Assembly: GCF_055900595.2 (NCBI RefSeq)
Contig: NZ_CM148325.1
Strand: one strand, 5' to 3'
DNA: 64,000 nt
Under the pieces are notes generated by a model. The model was not told where the DNA came from. It did not search any database and was given only the letters and a program-made list of their open reading frames with translations. The translations under genes and the position numbers were made by a program. Within the stretch, counting starts at the first letter, position 1; every line of letters begins with the position of its first letter. Positions 10,905-21,615 of the stretch are shown here, piece after piece.

Positions 10905-11354
10905 GTGGGAGTGCTTAATATCTGGCTTTCTGATTCAACAATCGCATTACGAAAGAATGCCGCAACCTGGCAGCAGGCATTAGATATCTGTGCCAGACCG
11001 TTACTGGATGCAGAGATAATTACGACGGATTATCTCAGTGCGATAAAGACACAACATGAAAAACTGGGGCCTTATTATGTCCTGGCACCCGGGCTGGCCA
11101 TGCCGCATGCCCGACCAGAAGAAGGGGCAAAAGGATTAGGTTTATCATTATTAAAACTTGAAGAAGGTGTCAGTTTTCATACAGAGGAATTTGATCCTGT
11201 AGATGTTATCATTTTACTTGCCGCACCAGACAAACACAGTCATATCGAAATGATATCTGCACTGGCTGAGTTATTCTCCAGCGAAAAAGATTTACATGAA
11301 TTGCATCAGGCTCGCAATGTGGAGGAAATAAAAAAGATAATTTCACGGTTCTGA
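10905..11354 (+). CDS. PTS EIIA component (ascorbate/mannitol-type EIIA-2 family)
   Basis: 149 aa with the EIIA-2 pattern around LAMPHARPEEG; GTG start per ORF track. Confidence 0.75.
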   Translation: MGVLNIWLSDSTIALRKNAATWQQALDICARPLLDAEIITTDYLSAIKTQHEKLGPYYVLAPGLAMPHARPEEGAKGLGLSLLKLEEGVSFHTEEFDPVDVIILLAAPDKHSHIEMISALAELFSSEKDLHELHQARNVEEIKKIISRF

Positions 11355-11432
11355 TTACATTATAAATTCAGTCTTTTCACAACATTGCGCCGTTGCGTGA
11401 TGGGACTTCTTCAACTTAAAATGGTGAATATA

Positions 11433-11705
11433 ATGAAAATTATGGCTATTTGTGGCTCAGGGCTTGGTAGTAGTTTTATGGTCGAAATGAATATTAAAAA
11501 AGTTCTGAAAAAAATGGATATAGAGGCGGAAGTGGAACATTCCGATCTCTCATCAGCAACGCCAGGGGCTGCCGATTTATTTGTGATGGCCAAAGATATT
11601 GCTGCCAGTGCCAGCGTACCGGAAAGTCAGTTGGTGGTTATCAACAACATCATTGATATTAATGAACTCGAAACGCAACTGCGTAACTGGTTAGCAAAAC
11701 AATAA
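11433..11705 (+). CDS. PTS EIIB component (ascorbate-type)
   Basis: MKIMAICGSGLGSS phosphocysteine loop; internal Met chosen over the track ORF start at 11385. Confidence 0.75.
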   Translation: MKIMAICGSGLGSSFMVEMNIKKVLKKMDIEAEVEHSDLSSATPGAADLFVMAKDIAASASVPESQLVVINNIIDINELETQLRNWLAKQ

Positions 11706-11727
11706 CCTTAATTGAAGCGAGGTGGAT

Positions 11728-13116
11728 ATGTTTATCCTTGAAACGCTGAATTTTGTTGTTGATATACTTAAAGTGCCCGCGATACTGGTCGGCTTGATTG
11801 CCTTAATTGGTCTGGTTGCCCAGAAAAAATCTTTTTCAGATGTTGTTAAAGGTACAATTAAAACTATTCTCGGCTTTATTGTACTGGGCGGTGGTGCCAC
11901 TGTTTTGGTTGGTTCGTTAAATCCTCTTGGGAGTATGTTTGAACATGCCTTTAATATTCAGGGCATCATTCCGAATAATGAGGCTATTGTTTCTATTGCG
12001 CTGGAAAAATATGGCGCATCGACGGCCCTTATTATGGCATTTGGTATGGTGGCGAATATTATTGTTGCCCGCTTTACCCGCCTTAAATATATCTTCCTGA
12101 CCGGACACCACACATTTTACATGGCCTGCATGATTGGTGTGATTCTGACAGTGGCTGGTTTTGAAGGTATATCACTGGTCTTTACCGGTTCTCTTATTCT
12201 GGGACTTGTGATGGCATTTTTCCCGGCATTAGCACAACGCTATATGAAGCGTATTACGGGGAATGATGACATTGCTTTTGGTCACTTTGGCACTCTGGGA
12301 TATGTACTTTCTGGCTGGATTGGCAGCGTGTGCGGTAAAGGTTCCCGCTCCACCGAAGAGATGAATTTGCCCAAAAATCTGAGCTTCCTGCGCGACAGTT
12401 CCATCTCTATTTCTCTTACGATGATGGTGATTTATCTGATCATGGCGATCAGTGCTGGTCGTGAGTTCGTTGAAAGCCAGTTCAGTGGTGGTCAAAACTA
12501 CCTTGTCTACGCCATCATAATGGCCATCACCTTCGCTGCTGGTGTATTTATTATTCTGCAAGGCGTGCGTTTAATCCTTGCTGAAATAGTTCCGGCATTT
12601 ACCGGGTTTTCAGAAAAGCTGGTGCCGAATGCCCGTCCGGCCCTCGATTGCCCGGTTGTGTATCCGTATGCGCCAAACGCAGTGTTAGTTGGTTTCTTGT
12701 TTAGCTTTTTTGGCGGTCTGGTAGGGCTATTTTTGTTGGGACAGATGAAACTGGTGTTGATTCTTCCGGGTGTCGTTCCTCACTTTTTTACCGGGGCGGC
12801 TGCTGGCGTATTTGGTAACGCTACGGGGGGACGTCGTGGCGCAATGATTGGTGCTTTTGCGAATGGCTTATTGATTACCTTCCTGCCAGTACTGTTATTG
12901 CCGGTTCTTGGGGCGATAGGCTTTGCTAATACGACCTTTTCCGATGCAGATTTTGGTGCTGTCGGCATCGTCCTCGGAAACCTGGCACGTTATCTCTCAC
13001 CTTTTGCCATCACCGGACTTGTAGTAGCGCTATTTGTGCTGCTGGTTGCCTGGAACATTTTCGCCAGTAACAAAATCGCTGCCAAAGCGCAGAAGAAGAG
13101 TGGAGCCAAATCATGA
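11728..13116 (+). CDS. PTS EIIC permease (UlaA/SgaT ascorbate family)
   Basis: About 460-aa polytopic membrane protein; ATG at 11728 after GAGGTGG Shine-Dalgarno. Confidence 0.8.
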   Translation: MFILETLNFVVDILKVPAILVGLIALIGLVAQKKSFSDVVKGTIKTILGFIVLGGGATVLVGSLNPLGSMFEHAFNIQGIIPNNEAIVSIALEKYGASTALIMAFGMVANIIVARFTRLKYIFLTGHHTFYMACMIGVILTVAGFEGISLVFTGSLILGLVMAFFPALAQRYMKRITGNDDIAFGHFGTLGYVLSGWIGSVCGKGSRSTEEMNLPKNLSFLRDSSISISLTMMVIYLIMAISAGREFVESQFSGGQNYLVYAIIMAITFAAGVFIILQGVRLILAEIVPAFTGFSEKLVPNARPALDCPVVYPYAPNAVLVGFLFSFFGGLVGLFLLGQMKLVLILPGVVPHFFTGAAAGVFGNATGGRRGAMIGAFANGLLITFLPVLLLPVLGAIGFANTTFSDADFGAVGIVLGNLARYLSPFAITGLVVALFVLLVAWNIFASNKIAAKAQKKSGAKS

Positions 13117-13943
13117 ATGTTAAAGAATTGACTCAATTTGCACGGGATATACGTATCCAGACGCTTAAATCATTAACTCATCTCGGCTTCGGTCATTATG
13201 GTGGCAGCATGTCGGTTGTGGAAACGCTGGCAGTGCTTTATGGCGCTGTAATGAAAATTGATCCTGCTGCTCCCGACTGGCCTGAGCGTGACTATTTTAT
13301 CCTGTCCAAAGGACATGCCGGACCTGCTCTCTACAGTACTCTGGCGCTGAAAGGCTACTTTCCACTGGAAGAATTAAGCACCTTAAATCAGAACGGAACC
13401 CGCTTACCAAGTCATCCGGATCGGCTAAAAACGTGTGGTGTTGATAGCACCACAGGATCGCTGGGGCAGGGGATATCCATTGCCGGAGGGATGGCGCTGT
13501 CGCATAAACTGGCGGGGCGCAAGAATCGGGTTTTTTGTATTGTCGGCGATGGCGAACTTAATGAAGGCCAATGTTGGGAAGCTTTCCAGTTTATCGCGCA
13601 TCATCGTTTGAATAACCTCACTGTGTTTGTGGACTGGAACAAACAGCAGCTTGATGGTCAACTGGATGAAATTATTAATCCATTTGATTTGGAAGGAAAA
13701 TTCCGGGCTTTCGGTTTTGATGTCGTGACAGTGAAGGGCGATGATATTGAGGGCTTGTTGAATGTAGTTAAACCTGTCCTGCCAGCTGAGGCCAGACCGA
13801 GAGTGGTCATTCTCGATAGCATTAAAGGGCAGGGGGTGCCGTGTCTCGAGCAACTCAGTAATTCTCATCACTTACGCCTCACAGAAGAGATGAAGGGGAC
13901 GCTAAACGAAACAATTCGCCAACTGGAGGCTATGCATGATTAA
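13113..13943 (+). CDS. Transketolase, N-terminal (TPP-binding) subunit
   Basis: Split-transketolase N-half (HYGGSMS, GHAGPALY, IVGDGELNEGQ); start overlaps the EIIC stop. Confidence 0.85.
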   Translation: MNVKELTQFARDIRIQTLKSLTHLGFGHYGGSMSVVETLAVLYGAVMKIDPAAPDWPERDYFILSKGHAGPALYSTLALKGYFPLEELSTLNQNGTRLPSHPDRLKTCGVDSTTGSLGQGISIAGGMALSHKLAGRKNRVFCIVGDGELNEGQCWEAFQFIAHHRLNNLTVFVDWNKQQLDGQLDEIINPFDLEGKFRAFGFDVVTVKGDDIEGLLNVVKPVLPAEARPRVVILDSIKGQGVPCLEQLSNSHHLRLTEEMKGTLNETIRQLEAMHD

Positions 13944-14889
13944 TCTCGCACCGGCAGGACAAAAAGACAGCATTGAAATGCGCAAAGTTTATGCAGATTT
14001 TATCGCGCAACAGAGTAAAAACGTCAGTTCTGTCATTGCTCTTGAGGCTGATTTAATGAGTTCCATGGCAATGGACAGCGTGGCGCAGGATTATCCAGAT
14101 CACGTCATTAATTGCGGCATTATGGAAGCCAATGTTATCGGCACAGCTGCAGGGCTGGCCTTAACCGGGCGCAAGCCATTCGTGCATACCTTTACCGCAT
14201 TTGCCAGTCGTCGCTGTTTTGATCAACTCTTTATGTCGCTTGATTACCAGGGCGCTAACGTCAAAGTTATAGCTTCTGATGCGGGTGTTGCTGCTTGCCA
14301 CAATGGCGGAACACATATGTCATTTGAAGATATGGGAATTGTGCGCGGGCTGGCGCATTCGGTGGTGATGGAGATGACAGATGCCGTAATGTTCAGCGAT
14401 ATCTTGCGTCAACTCGTTGCACTGGAAGGATTTTATTGGATTCGTACCATTCGGAAGCAAGCAGCGAGTATTTACGCACCAGGTACAACCTTTACAATTG
14501 GCAAAGGGCAGGTATTACGTGAAGGTACGGATGTCACCTTAATTGCTAATGGCATTATGGTGGTGGAAGCCCTGGAGGCCGCACGTCAACTTGAGCTGGC
14601 TGGGGTAAGTGTAGCGGTGATTGATATGTTTACGCTCAAACCCGTTGATCGGATGTTAATTAAAAATTATGCCGAAAAAACAGGACGGATCGTAACATGT
14701 GAAAACCATAGTATTCATAATGGATTAGGTTCAGCAGTTGCTGAAGTGCTTGTAGAAACTTGTCCTGTGCCCATGCGTCGGGTGGGGGTTAAAGAGCGGT
14801 ATGGCCAGGTTGGAACTCAGGACTTTTTACAGAGAGAGTACGGGTTAACCGCGCAAGATATTGTGGCGGCAGCCAGAGAGCTATTGTAA
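13936..14889 (+). CDS. Transketolase, C-terminal subunit
   Basis: Transketolase pyrimidine-binding and C-terminal domains; start overlaps the N-subunit stop. Confidence 0.85.
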   Translation: MINLAPAGQKDSIEMRKVYADFIAQQSKNVSSVIALEADLMSSMAMDSVAQDYPDHVINCGIMEANVIGTAAGLALTGRKPFVHTFTAFASRRCFDQLFMSLDYQGANVKVIASDAGVAACHNGGTHMSFEDMGIVRGLAHSVVMEMTDAVMFSDILRQLVALEGFYWIRTIRKQAASIYAPGTTFTIGKGQVLREGTDVTLIANGIMVVEALEAARQLELAGVSVAVIDMFTLKPVDRMLIKNYAEKTGRIVTCENHSIHNGLGSAVAEVLVETCPVPMRRVGVKERYGQVGTQDFLQREYGLTAQDIVAAARELL

Positions 14890-15077
14890 TTCATGGAGTT
14901 TGTTTACCATTCTGTTTTTCTTAAAAGTGAGTGTCTGTGCGGTCACTAAACTCGGTAATAAAGCAGTTCATTGCAGGATAAGAAGCGTTTGGTTGTGTCG
15001 TTTTACCGTAAGAACCGACCGCCGTATGTAGCCATTAAGCCAGTATTGGTAACGTAGGTGCCCACCTTTTCAAACTG

Positions 15078-15337
15078 GTGGACGCCTGTTATGGAGCAAA
15101 AACATTATCCGCAGAACCCCGCAGATCATTTTCAAATGAGTTAAACTTCAAATGGTTAAACTGGTTTTGCAACCAGGAGCCTCTGTTGCCCGTATTGCCC
15201 GGGAACACGATATCAATGATAACCTCCTGTTCAAATGGCTCAGACTCTGGCAGAACGTAAGGTACAGGGAGATGAAAAAGGCAATAGCAGAACTGAGTGA
15301 CAGTGAAACCATTCTGGCGTACAGGGTTGGATGGTGA
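15078..15337 (+). pseudogene. IS66-family accessory transposase gene (tnpA-type) remnant
   Basis: ...QPGASVARIAREHDINDNLLFKWL... parallels the intact IS66-family orfA at 18862 (QPGACVAQIARENGINDNLLFNW) but is split across frames. Confidence 0.5.
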
Positions 15338-15835
15338 AACTGATAAAAAAACCCCTCTGAAAATTCTGTCAGAGGGGTGTAGTCAATAAGGGTGTCATAT
15401 TCAACATGAAGATGTCTTCTGGGAATGTTTACATAGCAAATGCTTTCACTCCGGTAATTAATTTCCGTGATTAACTGCTTTCGATCAATAAAGGAATTGC
15501 AAAAGTGTGATCTTGCTCACGACATTGTGGATGATAATATGCCTGATGTCTGAATCCGGAAACAGTGCTCTGGCGGGTTTCATGTGAAGTTGACGGATAA
15601 AAAATCCTCACGACCAGACAGACGTGCGGTTTACGAAATTCGTAACAAGAGGCTTTTCTACGGATCACGTGGTGCGTGCCACGTGAAATTTTTGTAGCGC
15701 AAAATGTGCAATGTGTAAATACAAGGAAGGAAAAAGTTAAATTGGTGGAAGTCCATGCCTGCCACATGTACGTCTGCATTCCTCGTTTTGAACAGAATTC
15801 TCACCAGACATCGTGAATTTCTCATTCAATCTGCA

Positions 15836-15960
15836 AAATGGCATCTGAATCGATCGCAGTTTGGCATTCGAATCGATCATGATTTGGCATCCATCTCCGA
15901 TCACAGTTTGGCATCACAATCGATCACGATTTGGCATGCTTCCGATCATTGATTGGCATC
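15836..15960 (+). repeat. Six spaced TTTGGCAT/TGGCAT repeats (IS21-family terminal multiple repeats)
   Basis: aaaatggcat..agtttggcat..gatttggcat..agtttggcat..gatttggcat..gattggcat at about 20-bp spacing. Confidence 0.6.
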
Positions 15961-16033
15961 CTGCCAGTCACTCCGGGAATTCACTCTTTTCACCACAGTC
16001 TCCATTGCCGTGTTTAAACCAGTGGAGACGTCA

Positions 16034-17599
16034 ATGTCCAGAAAGCGAAAATCCAGGAGCACTATGGAAACCTGTTTTAAGATCCTTCAGCTCAAGTTCG
16101 ACAAGAAGCTGACTAACCGTTGTATCGGACTGACGTTACACATCAGCGCCTCAACCGTTTTTGAGGTTATTGCCCGCTTCAAAGCCTCTTCTCTGCCATG
16201 GCCATTACCTGCTGATATATCCCATGACACGCTGGAGAAACTCATTTTTCCGCCCAAAGACACCTTTGCATCAGAGCTTGTAATGCCTGACATGTTGTAC
16301 TTCGATACGGAAATGAGAAAACCAGGTGTGACGCGGCAACTGCTGTGGATGGAATACAAGGCACAGGCAGGTGACAAAGCGATGGGATACTCGCACTTCT
16401 GCCTTTGCTACCGGGAGTGGAAAAAAACGCGACGTCTCTCCATGCGCCAGGAGCATCGTGCCGGCGAAAAGCTTTTTATCGACTTCTGTGGTCCTACTGT
16501 TCCTGTTATTAATCCGGACACCGGTGAGATACGCCGCGTGGCAATCTTCGTGGCCGTAATGGGGGCGTCCAAGTATACCTACGTTGAAGCGTGCGAAGGT
16601 CAGGACATGATGTCATGGTTAAATGCCCACAGCCGTTGCCTGACCTTCCTGGGCGGCGTACCGAAGCTGCTCATCCCCGATAACCTCAGAAGCGCAGTGA
16701 AAAAGACCGATCGCTATGAGCCTGTCATCAACGACAGTTATCAGGCACTGGCTGAGCACTATGGCACGGTTATCATCCCGGCCCGACCACGCAAACCTAA
16801 AGATAAACCAAAAGCAGAAAACGGCGTCCTCATCGTCGAACGATGGCTTCTTGCCCGCATCCGTAATGAAACCTTCCACACGCTCAGGGCGCTGAATGCG
16901 CGCCTTTGGGAGTTACTGACAGACATGAATAACCGGCCAATGAAGGGGTACGGCAATCAAACCCGTGCAGAACGCTTCCGCATACTGGATGCGCCAGCTC
17001 TCTCTCCGCTGCCTCTGACACCTTATGAATACACGGAATACAAAGCCGTGAAGGTTGGCCCTGACTACCACGTTGAATATGCCCGTCACTGGTACTCCGT
17101 TCCACACGAACTGGTCGGTCAGCGTCTGTCACTGAAAGCGGGGCAGTCGGTGGTACAGCTCTGGCACAAGGGGCAGTGTGTGGCACAACATCCGCGCAGC
17201 ACACATGAATATAAACACACAACCAATCCGCTTCACATGCCAGAGCGCCACCGGCAGCACGGGACATGGACACCGGAACGCCTTATCGGGCAGGGAAAAC
17301 GTACGGGCCCGTCCACAGGCCGGGTGGTTGAATCCATGCTGAAGGCAAAACCCCATCCGGAACTGGCTTATCGTGCAGTTCTGGGGCTGCTGGCACTTCA
17401 GAAAAAATACGGCCCGGAACGGCTGGAAAAGGCCTGTTACGTTGCCCTGCACTATAATGCCCCGGACAGACGCTTTATCGACAATCTGCTGCGTCACCAT
17501 CGGGAGAACCTGGAGCTTCCGTTATCCCGCCAGGGCGAACAACATCCGGCATATGCTTCAGAGCATGAAAACCTGTGTGGTCCGGGCTACTACCACTGA
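16034..17599 (+). CDS. istA: IS21-family transposase IstA
   Basis: N-terminal HTH then DDE core; ATG at 16034 after GGAGACG SD; the track ORF from 15953 is an upstream extension. Confidence 0.75.
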   Translation: MSRKRKSRSTMETCFKILQLKFDKKLTNRCIGLTLHISASTVFEVIARFKASSLPWPLPADISHDTLEKLIFPPKDTFASELVMPDMLYFDTEMRKPGVTRQLLWMEYKAQAGDKAMGYSHFCLCYREWKKTRRLSMRQEHRAGEKLFIDFCGPTVPVINPDTGEIRRVAIFVAVMGASKYTYVEACEGQDMMSWLNAHSRCLTFLGGVPKLLIPDNLRSAVKKTDRYEPVINDSYQALAEHYGTVIIPARPRKPKDKPKAENGVLIVERWLLARIRNETFHTLRALNARLWELLTDMNNRPMKGYGNQTRAERFRILDAPALSPLPLTPYEYTEYKAVKVGPDYHVEYARHWYSVPHELVGQRLSLKAGQSVVQLWHKGQCVAQHPRSTHEYKHTTNPLHMPERHRQHGTWTPERLIGQGKRTGPSTGRVVESMLKAKPHPELAYRAVLGLLALQKKYGPERLEKACYVALHYNAPDRRFIDNLLRHHRENLELPLSRQGEQHPAYASEHENLCGPGYYH

Positions 17600-17615
17600 C
17601 AGAAGGAACAACAGT

Positions 17616-18371
17616 ATGAGTGATAACCTGTTAAACAAACTGACCCAACTGAAACTCCCGGCGATGGCCGGGAGCCTGATACGGCAGCGGGAAACGCCTC
17701 AGACCTACGACGAGCTGTCGTTCGAGGAAAGGCTGACGCTGCTGGTTGATGACGAGCTTCTGAGCAGGGAAAACATCCGTGTGGCACGGTTGAGAAAAAA
17801 TGCCGGCCTGAAATACCAGGCAACACCGGAAGGGCTGCGCTATCCGGCCTCAAGAGGTCTGCGGGCTGAACAGATGAGGGAACTGCTGAACGGCCACTAC
17901 ATAACCCACAGGAAAAACCTGCTGATAACCGGTCCGACAGGATGTGGCAAGAGCTGGATAGCCAATGCGCTGGGCGAACAGGCATGTCGACAGAAACACA
18001 GCGTCCGGTACTGTAGAACCGGGCGATTACTGGAACAACTGGCTCAGGGACGTGTTGATGGCAGCTGGCTGAAGTATCTGAAACAGTTGCAAAAAATACA
18101 GGTTCTAATCCTGGACGATCTGGGGCTGGAGTCGTTAAGTAACGCCCAGTGTAATGACCTTCTGGAGCTCATAGAGGATCGTTACGGACAAAGCAGCACG
18201 ATAGTGGTAAGCCAGTTCCCGGTAGATAAATGGCATGGTCTGATGGAGAAGCCAACAACAGCAGATGCCATCCCGGACAGACTGGTACATAACTCACACA
18301 GACTAGTCCTTCAGGGAGAGTCCCTGAGGAAAAATCCCTCGATAGTGGAAAGCATCGAAAAAACGAGTTAA
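17616..18371 (+). CDS. istB: IS21-family ATP-binding helper IstB
   Basis: Walker A ITGPTGCGKSW and Walker B LILDDLG; ATG at 17616 just after the istA stop. Confidence 0.85.
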   Translation: MSDNLLNKLTQLKLPAMAGSLIRQRETPQTYDELSFEERLTLLVDDELLSRENIRVARLRKNAGLKYQATPEGLRYPASRGLRAEQMRELLNGHYITHRKNLLITGPTGCGKSWIANALGEQACRQKHSVRYCRTGRLLEQLAQGRVDGSWLKYLKQLQKIQVLILDDLGLESLSNAQCNDLLELIEDRYGQSSTIVVSQFPVDKWHGLMEKPTTADAIPDRLVHNSHRLVLQGESLRKNPSIVESIEKTS

Positions 18372-18861
18372 AAAGCGGTAGAAAAAGTTAAGTTCCCGGT
18401 TGATCGAATGGATGCGAATAGCTGATCGGACTTCGATGCCAATCCGTGATCGAATAGAGCGGAATACGCACTTTAACAACACAAAACATCATTTTTTGAA
18501 ACAATATTCACGGAACTTCTTATCCCTTCACTTCCCGTTTTATATGGGCAGCACCGTCTGTCTTTCCTATTGATGCGATTCGTATAATTTATTTTACCCA
18601 TGAGAAACTCACATTTAAATTTATGAGATGTCATATATGAAGAATAAGGAAATGCCCGGATAGGTGGATTGTGGAAAAGTTACTGGCAATAACTTAACTA
18701 CAATAACCGGCACGTTTTCAACGCTGGCGCAGGCAAGTGCGGACAAAACGGGATTCTTTATCACGGGTAAAACTTGTGCATCTGTGACGGTATTAATCCT
18801 GTTCATCAGTAAGCGCCTCATCTGAACCGTCTGGTCTGTTTCCTCCGGCTCCACAAAAATA

Positions 18862-19539
18862 ATGTCCATCATTTTTAATGGACACTATCGTATGGAATAC
18901 CGGACCTGGATCACCGAAGCTTTACGTCTTCACTTTGAAGAACATTTACCACGGATTGTGGCCGGACGTCGCCTGGGCGTACCAAAATCAACAGTTTGTG
19001 GTATGTTCGTGCGCTTCCGCAAAGCTGGCCTTTCATGGCCTCTGCCCGCAGGTATGTCGGAGCGGGAACTTGATGCCCGTCTTTACGGGAGTGCCTCCAC
19101 AGTACCTGTCGTACTTACTGAAAACACCGTTATGTCCGAAGTCCCGGTGGTAAAAAAACGTCCCCGGCGGCCTAATTTTCCTTATGAGTTTAAAATCGCC
19201 TTAGTGGAGCAGTCACTGCAGCCCGGAGCCTGTGTGGCGCAGATCGCCCGTGAAAACGGAATCAACGATAACCTGCTCTTCAACTGGCGCCATCAATACC
19301 GGAAAGGTGGCCTGCTGCCTTCCGGAAAAAATATGCCTGCACTGCTTCCCGTGACGTTAACGCCGGAGCCGGATAATAAAATCCCGGCTCCGGCACAGGA
19401 ACCAGAGCAGATAAATACACCGTCCGACAGTCTGTGCTGTGAGCTGGTTCTGCCGGCCGGAACTCTCAGGCTGAAAGGTGAACTGACACCGGCCTTATTA
19501 CAGACACTTATCCGCGAAATGAAAGTGAGCAGCCACTGA
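18862..19539 (+). CDS. IS66-family accessory protein (orfA)
   Basis: VAQIARENGINDNLLFNWRHQYRKGG HTH region; the N-terminal extension resembles an IstA-type HTH. Confidence 0.75.
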   Translation: MSIIFNGHYRMEYRTWITEALRLHFEEHLPRIVAGRRLGVPKSTVCGMFVRFRKAGLSWPLPAGMSERELDARLYGSASTVPVVLTENTVMSEVPVVKKRPRRPNFPYEFKIALVEQSLQPGACVAQIARENGINDNLLFNWRHQYRKGGLLPSGKNMPALLPVTLTPEPDNKIPAPAQEPEQINTPSDSLCCELVLPAGTLRLKGELTPALLQTLIREMKVSSH

Positions 19540-19886
19540 TGATATCTCTCCCTGCAGGTTCGCGTATCTGGCTGGTTGCCGGTATCACCGACATGCGAAA
19601 TGGCTTTAACGGCCTGGCCTCAAAAGTTCAGAACGTCCTGAAGGATGACCCGTTCTCCGGACACCTGTTCATCTTCCGCGGACGCCGGGGTGACCAGATA
19701 AAAGTGTTGTGGGCTGACAGTGACGGACTGTGCCTCTTCACCAAACGCCTGGAGCGGGGCCGCTTCGTCTGGCCGGTCACCCGTGACGGCAAGGTGCACC
19801 TTACTCCGGCCCAGTTATCCATGCTTCTTGAGGGCATCGACTGGAAACATCCAAAACGAACGGAACGCGCTGGAATCCGCATATAA
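19539..19886 (+). CDS. IS66-family TnpB
   Basis: 115 aa, MISLPAGSRIWLVAGITDMRNGFNGLA signature. Confidence 0.85.
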   Translation: MISLPAGSRIWLVAGITDMRNGFNGLASKVQNVLKDDPFSGHLFIFRGRRGDQIKVLWADSDGLCLFTKRLERGRFVWPVTRDGKVHLTPAQLSMLLEGIDWKHPKRTERAGIRI

Positions 19887-19905
19887 CCCGTTGTAAAGTG
19901 AGGAT

Positions 19906-21477
19906 ATGGACACCTCACTTGCTCATGAGAACGCCCGCCTGCGGGCACTGTTGCAGGCGCAACAGGACACCATCCGCCAGATGGCCGAATACAATTGCCT
20001 GCTCTCACAGCGGGTGGCGGCTTATGCTTCTGAAATCAACCGGCTGAAGGCGCTGGTTGCAAAACTGCAGCGCATGCAGTTCGGTAAAAGCTCAGAAAAA
20101 CTTCGCGCAAAAACCGAACGACAGATACAGGAAGCACAGGAGCGAATCAGCGCACTTCAGGAAGAAATGGCGGAAACACTGGGTGAGCAATATGACCCGG
20201 CACTGCCATCTTCCCTGCGCCAGTCTTCAGCCCGTAAACCGTTACCGGCTGCACTTCCCCGTGAATCCCGGGTTATCCGGCCGGAAGAGGAATGCTGCCC
20301 GGCTTGTGGTGGCGAACTCAGTTCTCTGGGATGTGATGTGTCAGAGCAACTGGAGCTTATCAGCAGCGCCTTTAAGGTTATCGAAACACAACGTCCGAAA
20401 CTGGCCTGTTGCCGGTGCGACCATATCGTGCAGGCACCAGTACCTTCAAAACCCATTGCACGCAGTTATGCCGGAGCGGGGCTTCTGGCTCATATCGTCA
20501 CCGGGAAGTATGCAGACCATCTGCCGTTATACCGCCAGTCAGAAATATACCGTCGTCAGGGCGTGGAACTGAGCCGCGCCACGCTGGGGCGCTGGACCAG
20601 TGCCGTTGCTGAACTGCTGGAGCCGCTGTATGACGTGCTGCGCCAGTATGTGCTGATGCCCGGTAAAGTCCATGCGGATGATATCCCCGTTCCGGTCCAG
20701 GAGCCGGGCAGTGGTAAAACAAGAACTGCCCGGCTGTGGGTTTACGTCCGTGATGACCGTAACGCCGGTTCACAGATGCCCCCGGCGGTCTGGTTCGCGT
20801 ACAGCCCGGACCGGAAAGGTATCCATCCACAGAATCACCTGGCCGGTTACAGCGGTGTGCTTCAGGCCGATGCTTACGGTGGTTACCGGGCGTTATACGA
20901 ATCCGGCAGAATAACGGAAGCCGCGTGTATGGCCCATGCCCGGAGAAAAATCCACGATGTGCATGCAAGAGCGCCTACCGATATCACCACGGAAGCCCTG
21001 CAGCGTATCGGTGAACTGTATGCAATCGAGGCAGAGGTCCGGGGATGTTCAGCAGAACAGCGTCTGGCGGCAAGAAAAGCCAGAGCTGTGCCACTGATGC
21101 AGTCACTGTACGACTGGATACAGACTCAGATGAAAACACTGTCGCGTCACTCAGATACGGCAAAAGCGTTCGCATACCTGCTGAAACAGTGGGATGCACT
21201 GAACGTGTACTGCAGTAATGGCTGGGTGGAAATCGACAACAACATCGCAGAGAACGCCTTACGGGGAGTGGCCGTAGGCCGGAAAAACTGGATGTTCGCG
21301 GGTTCCGACAGCGGTGGTGAACATGCGGCGGTGTTGTACTCGCTGATCGGCACATGCCGTCTGAACAATGTGGAGCCAGAAAAGTGGCTGCGTTACGTCA
21401 TTGAACATATCCAGGACTGGTCGGCAAACCGGGTACGCGATCTGTTGCCCTGGAAAGTTGATCTGAGCTCTCAGTAA
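19906..21477 (+). CDS. IS66-family transposase TnpC
   Basis: 523 aa with N-terminal coiled coil, CxxC zinc motifs and DDE region. Confidence 0.85.
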   Translation: MDTSLAHENARLRALLQAQQDTIRQMAEYNCLLSQRVAAYASEINRLKALVAKLQRMQFGKSSEKLRAKTERQIQEAQERISALQEEMAETLGEQYDPALPSSLRQSSARKPLPAALPRESRVIRPEEECCPACGGELSSLGCDVSEQLELISSAFKVIETQRPKLACCRCDHIVQAPVPSKPIARSYAGAGLLAHIVTGKYADHLPLYRQSEIYRRQGVELSRATLGRWTSAVAELLEPLYDVLRQYVLMPGKVHADDIPVPVQEPGSGKTRTARLWVYVRDDRNAGSQMPPAVWFAYSPDRKGIHPQNHLAGYSGVLQADAYGGYRALYESGRITEAACMAHARRKIHDVHARAPTDITTEALQRIGELYAIEAEVRGCSAEQRLAARKARAVPLMQSLYDWIQTQMKTLSRHSDTAKAFAYLLKQWDALNVYCSNGWVEIDNNIAENALRGVAVGRKNWMFAGSDSGGEHAAVLYSLIGTCRLNNVEPEKWLRYVIEHIQDWSANRVRDLLPWKVDLSSQ

Positions 21478-21615
21478 ATATCAATACGGTTCTGACGAGC
21501 CGCTTACTATTCAGCAATGATGCTATTTTTTTTGAAGTAGATCACATTATCTGTGTTTCCCTTCCAGATTTATTTAGATAGTCTGATTTCTCGGTTTTAA
21601 TAAAAGGGGGAAGTA

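Larger units (their letters stand above)
15790..18500 (+). mobile_element. IS21-family insertion sequence (istA-istB); ends approximate
   Basis: IstA plus IstB pair; multiple TGGCAT terminal repeats at the left end and an inverted copy (gatgccaa) near 18440. Confidence 0.6.
18809..21507 (+). mobile_element. IS66-family insertion sequence (ISEc8-like)
   Basis: Imperfect terminal IRs gtaagcgcctcatctgaaccgt (18809) and the reverse complement of cggttctgacgagccgcttac (ends 21507); three consecutive IS66-type ORFs. Confidence 0.7.

Noticed and set aside
15836-15960. Possible CRISPR-like spaced repeats
   Set aside because: Repeat units are only 8-10 bp and sit at the end of an IS21-family element next to istA; this is the terminal multiple-repeat architecture of IS21-type elements, not a CRISPR array.
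17373-17615. Upstream extension of istB as given in the track (332 aa)
   Set aside because: Overlaps the istA coding region; the Met at 17616 gives the canonical IstB length of about 250 aa and N-terminus.
20057-20572. 171-aa ORF in an alternative frame of IS66 tnpC
   Set aside because: Same-strand overlap with the 523-aa TnpC frame, which carries the recognisable motifs.
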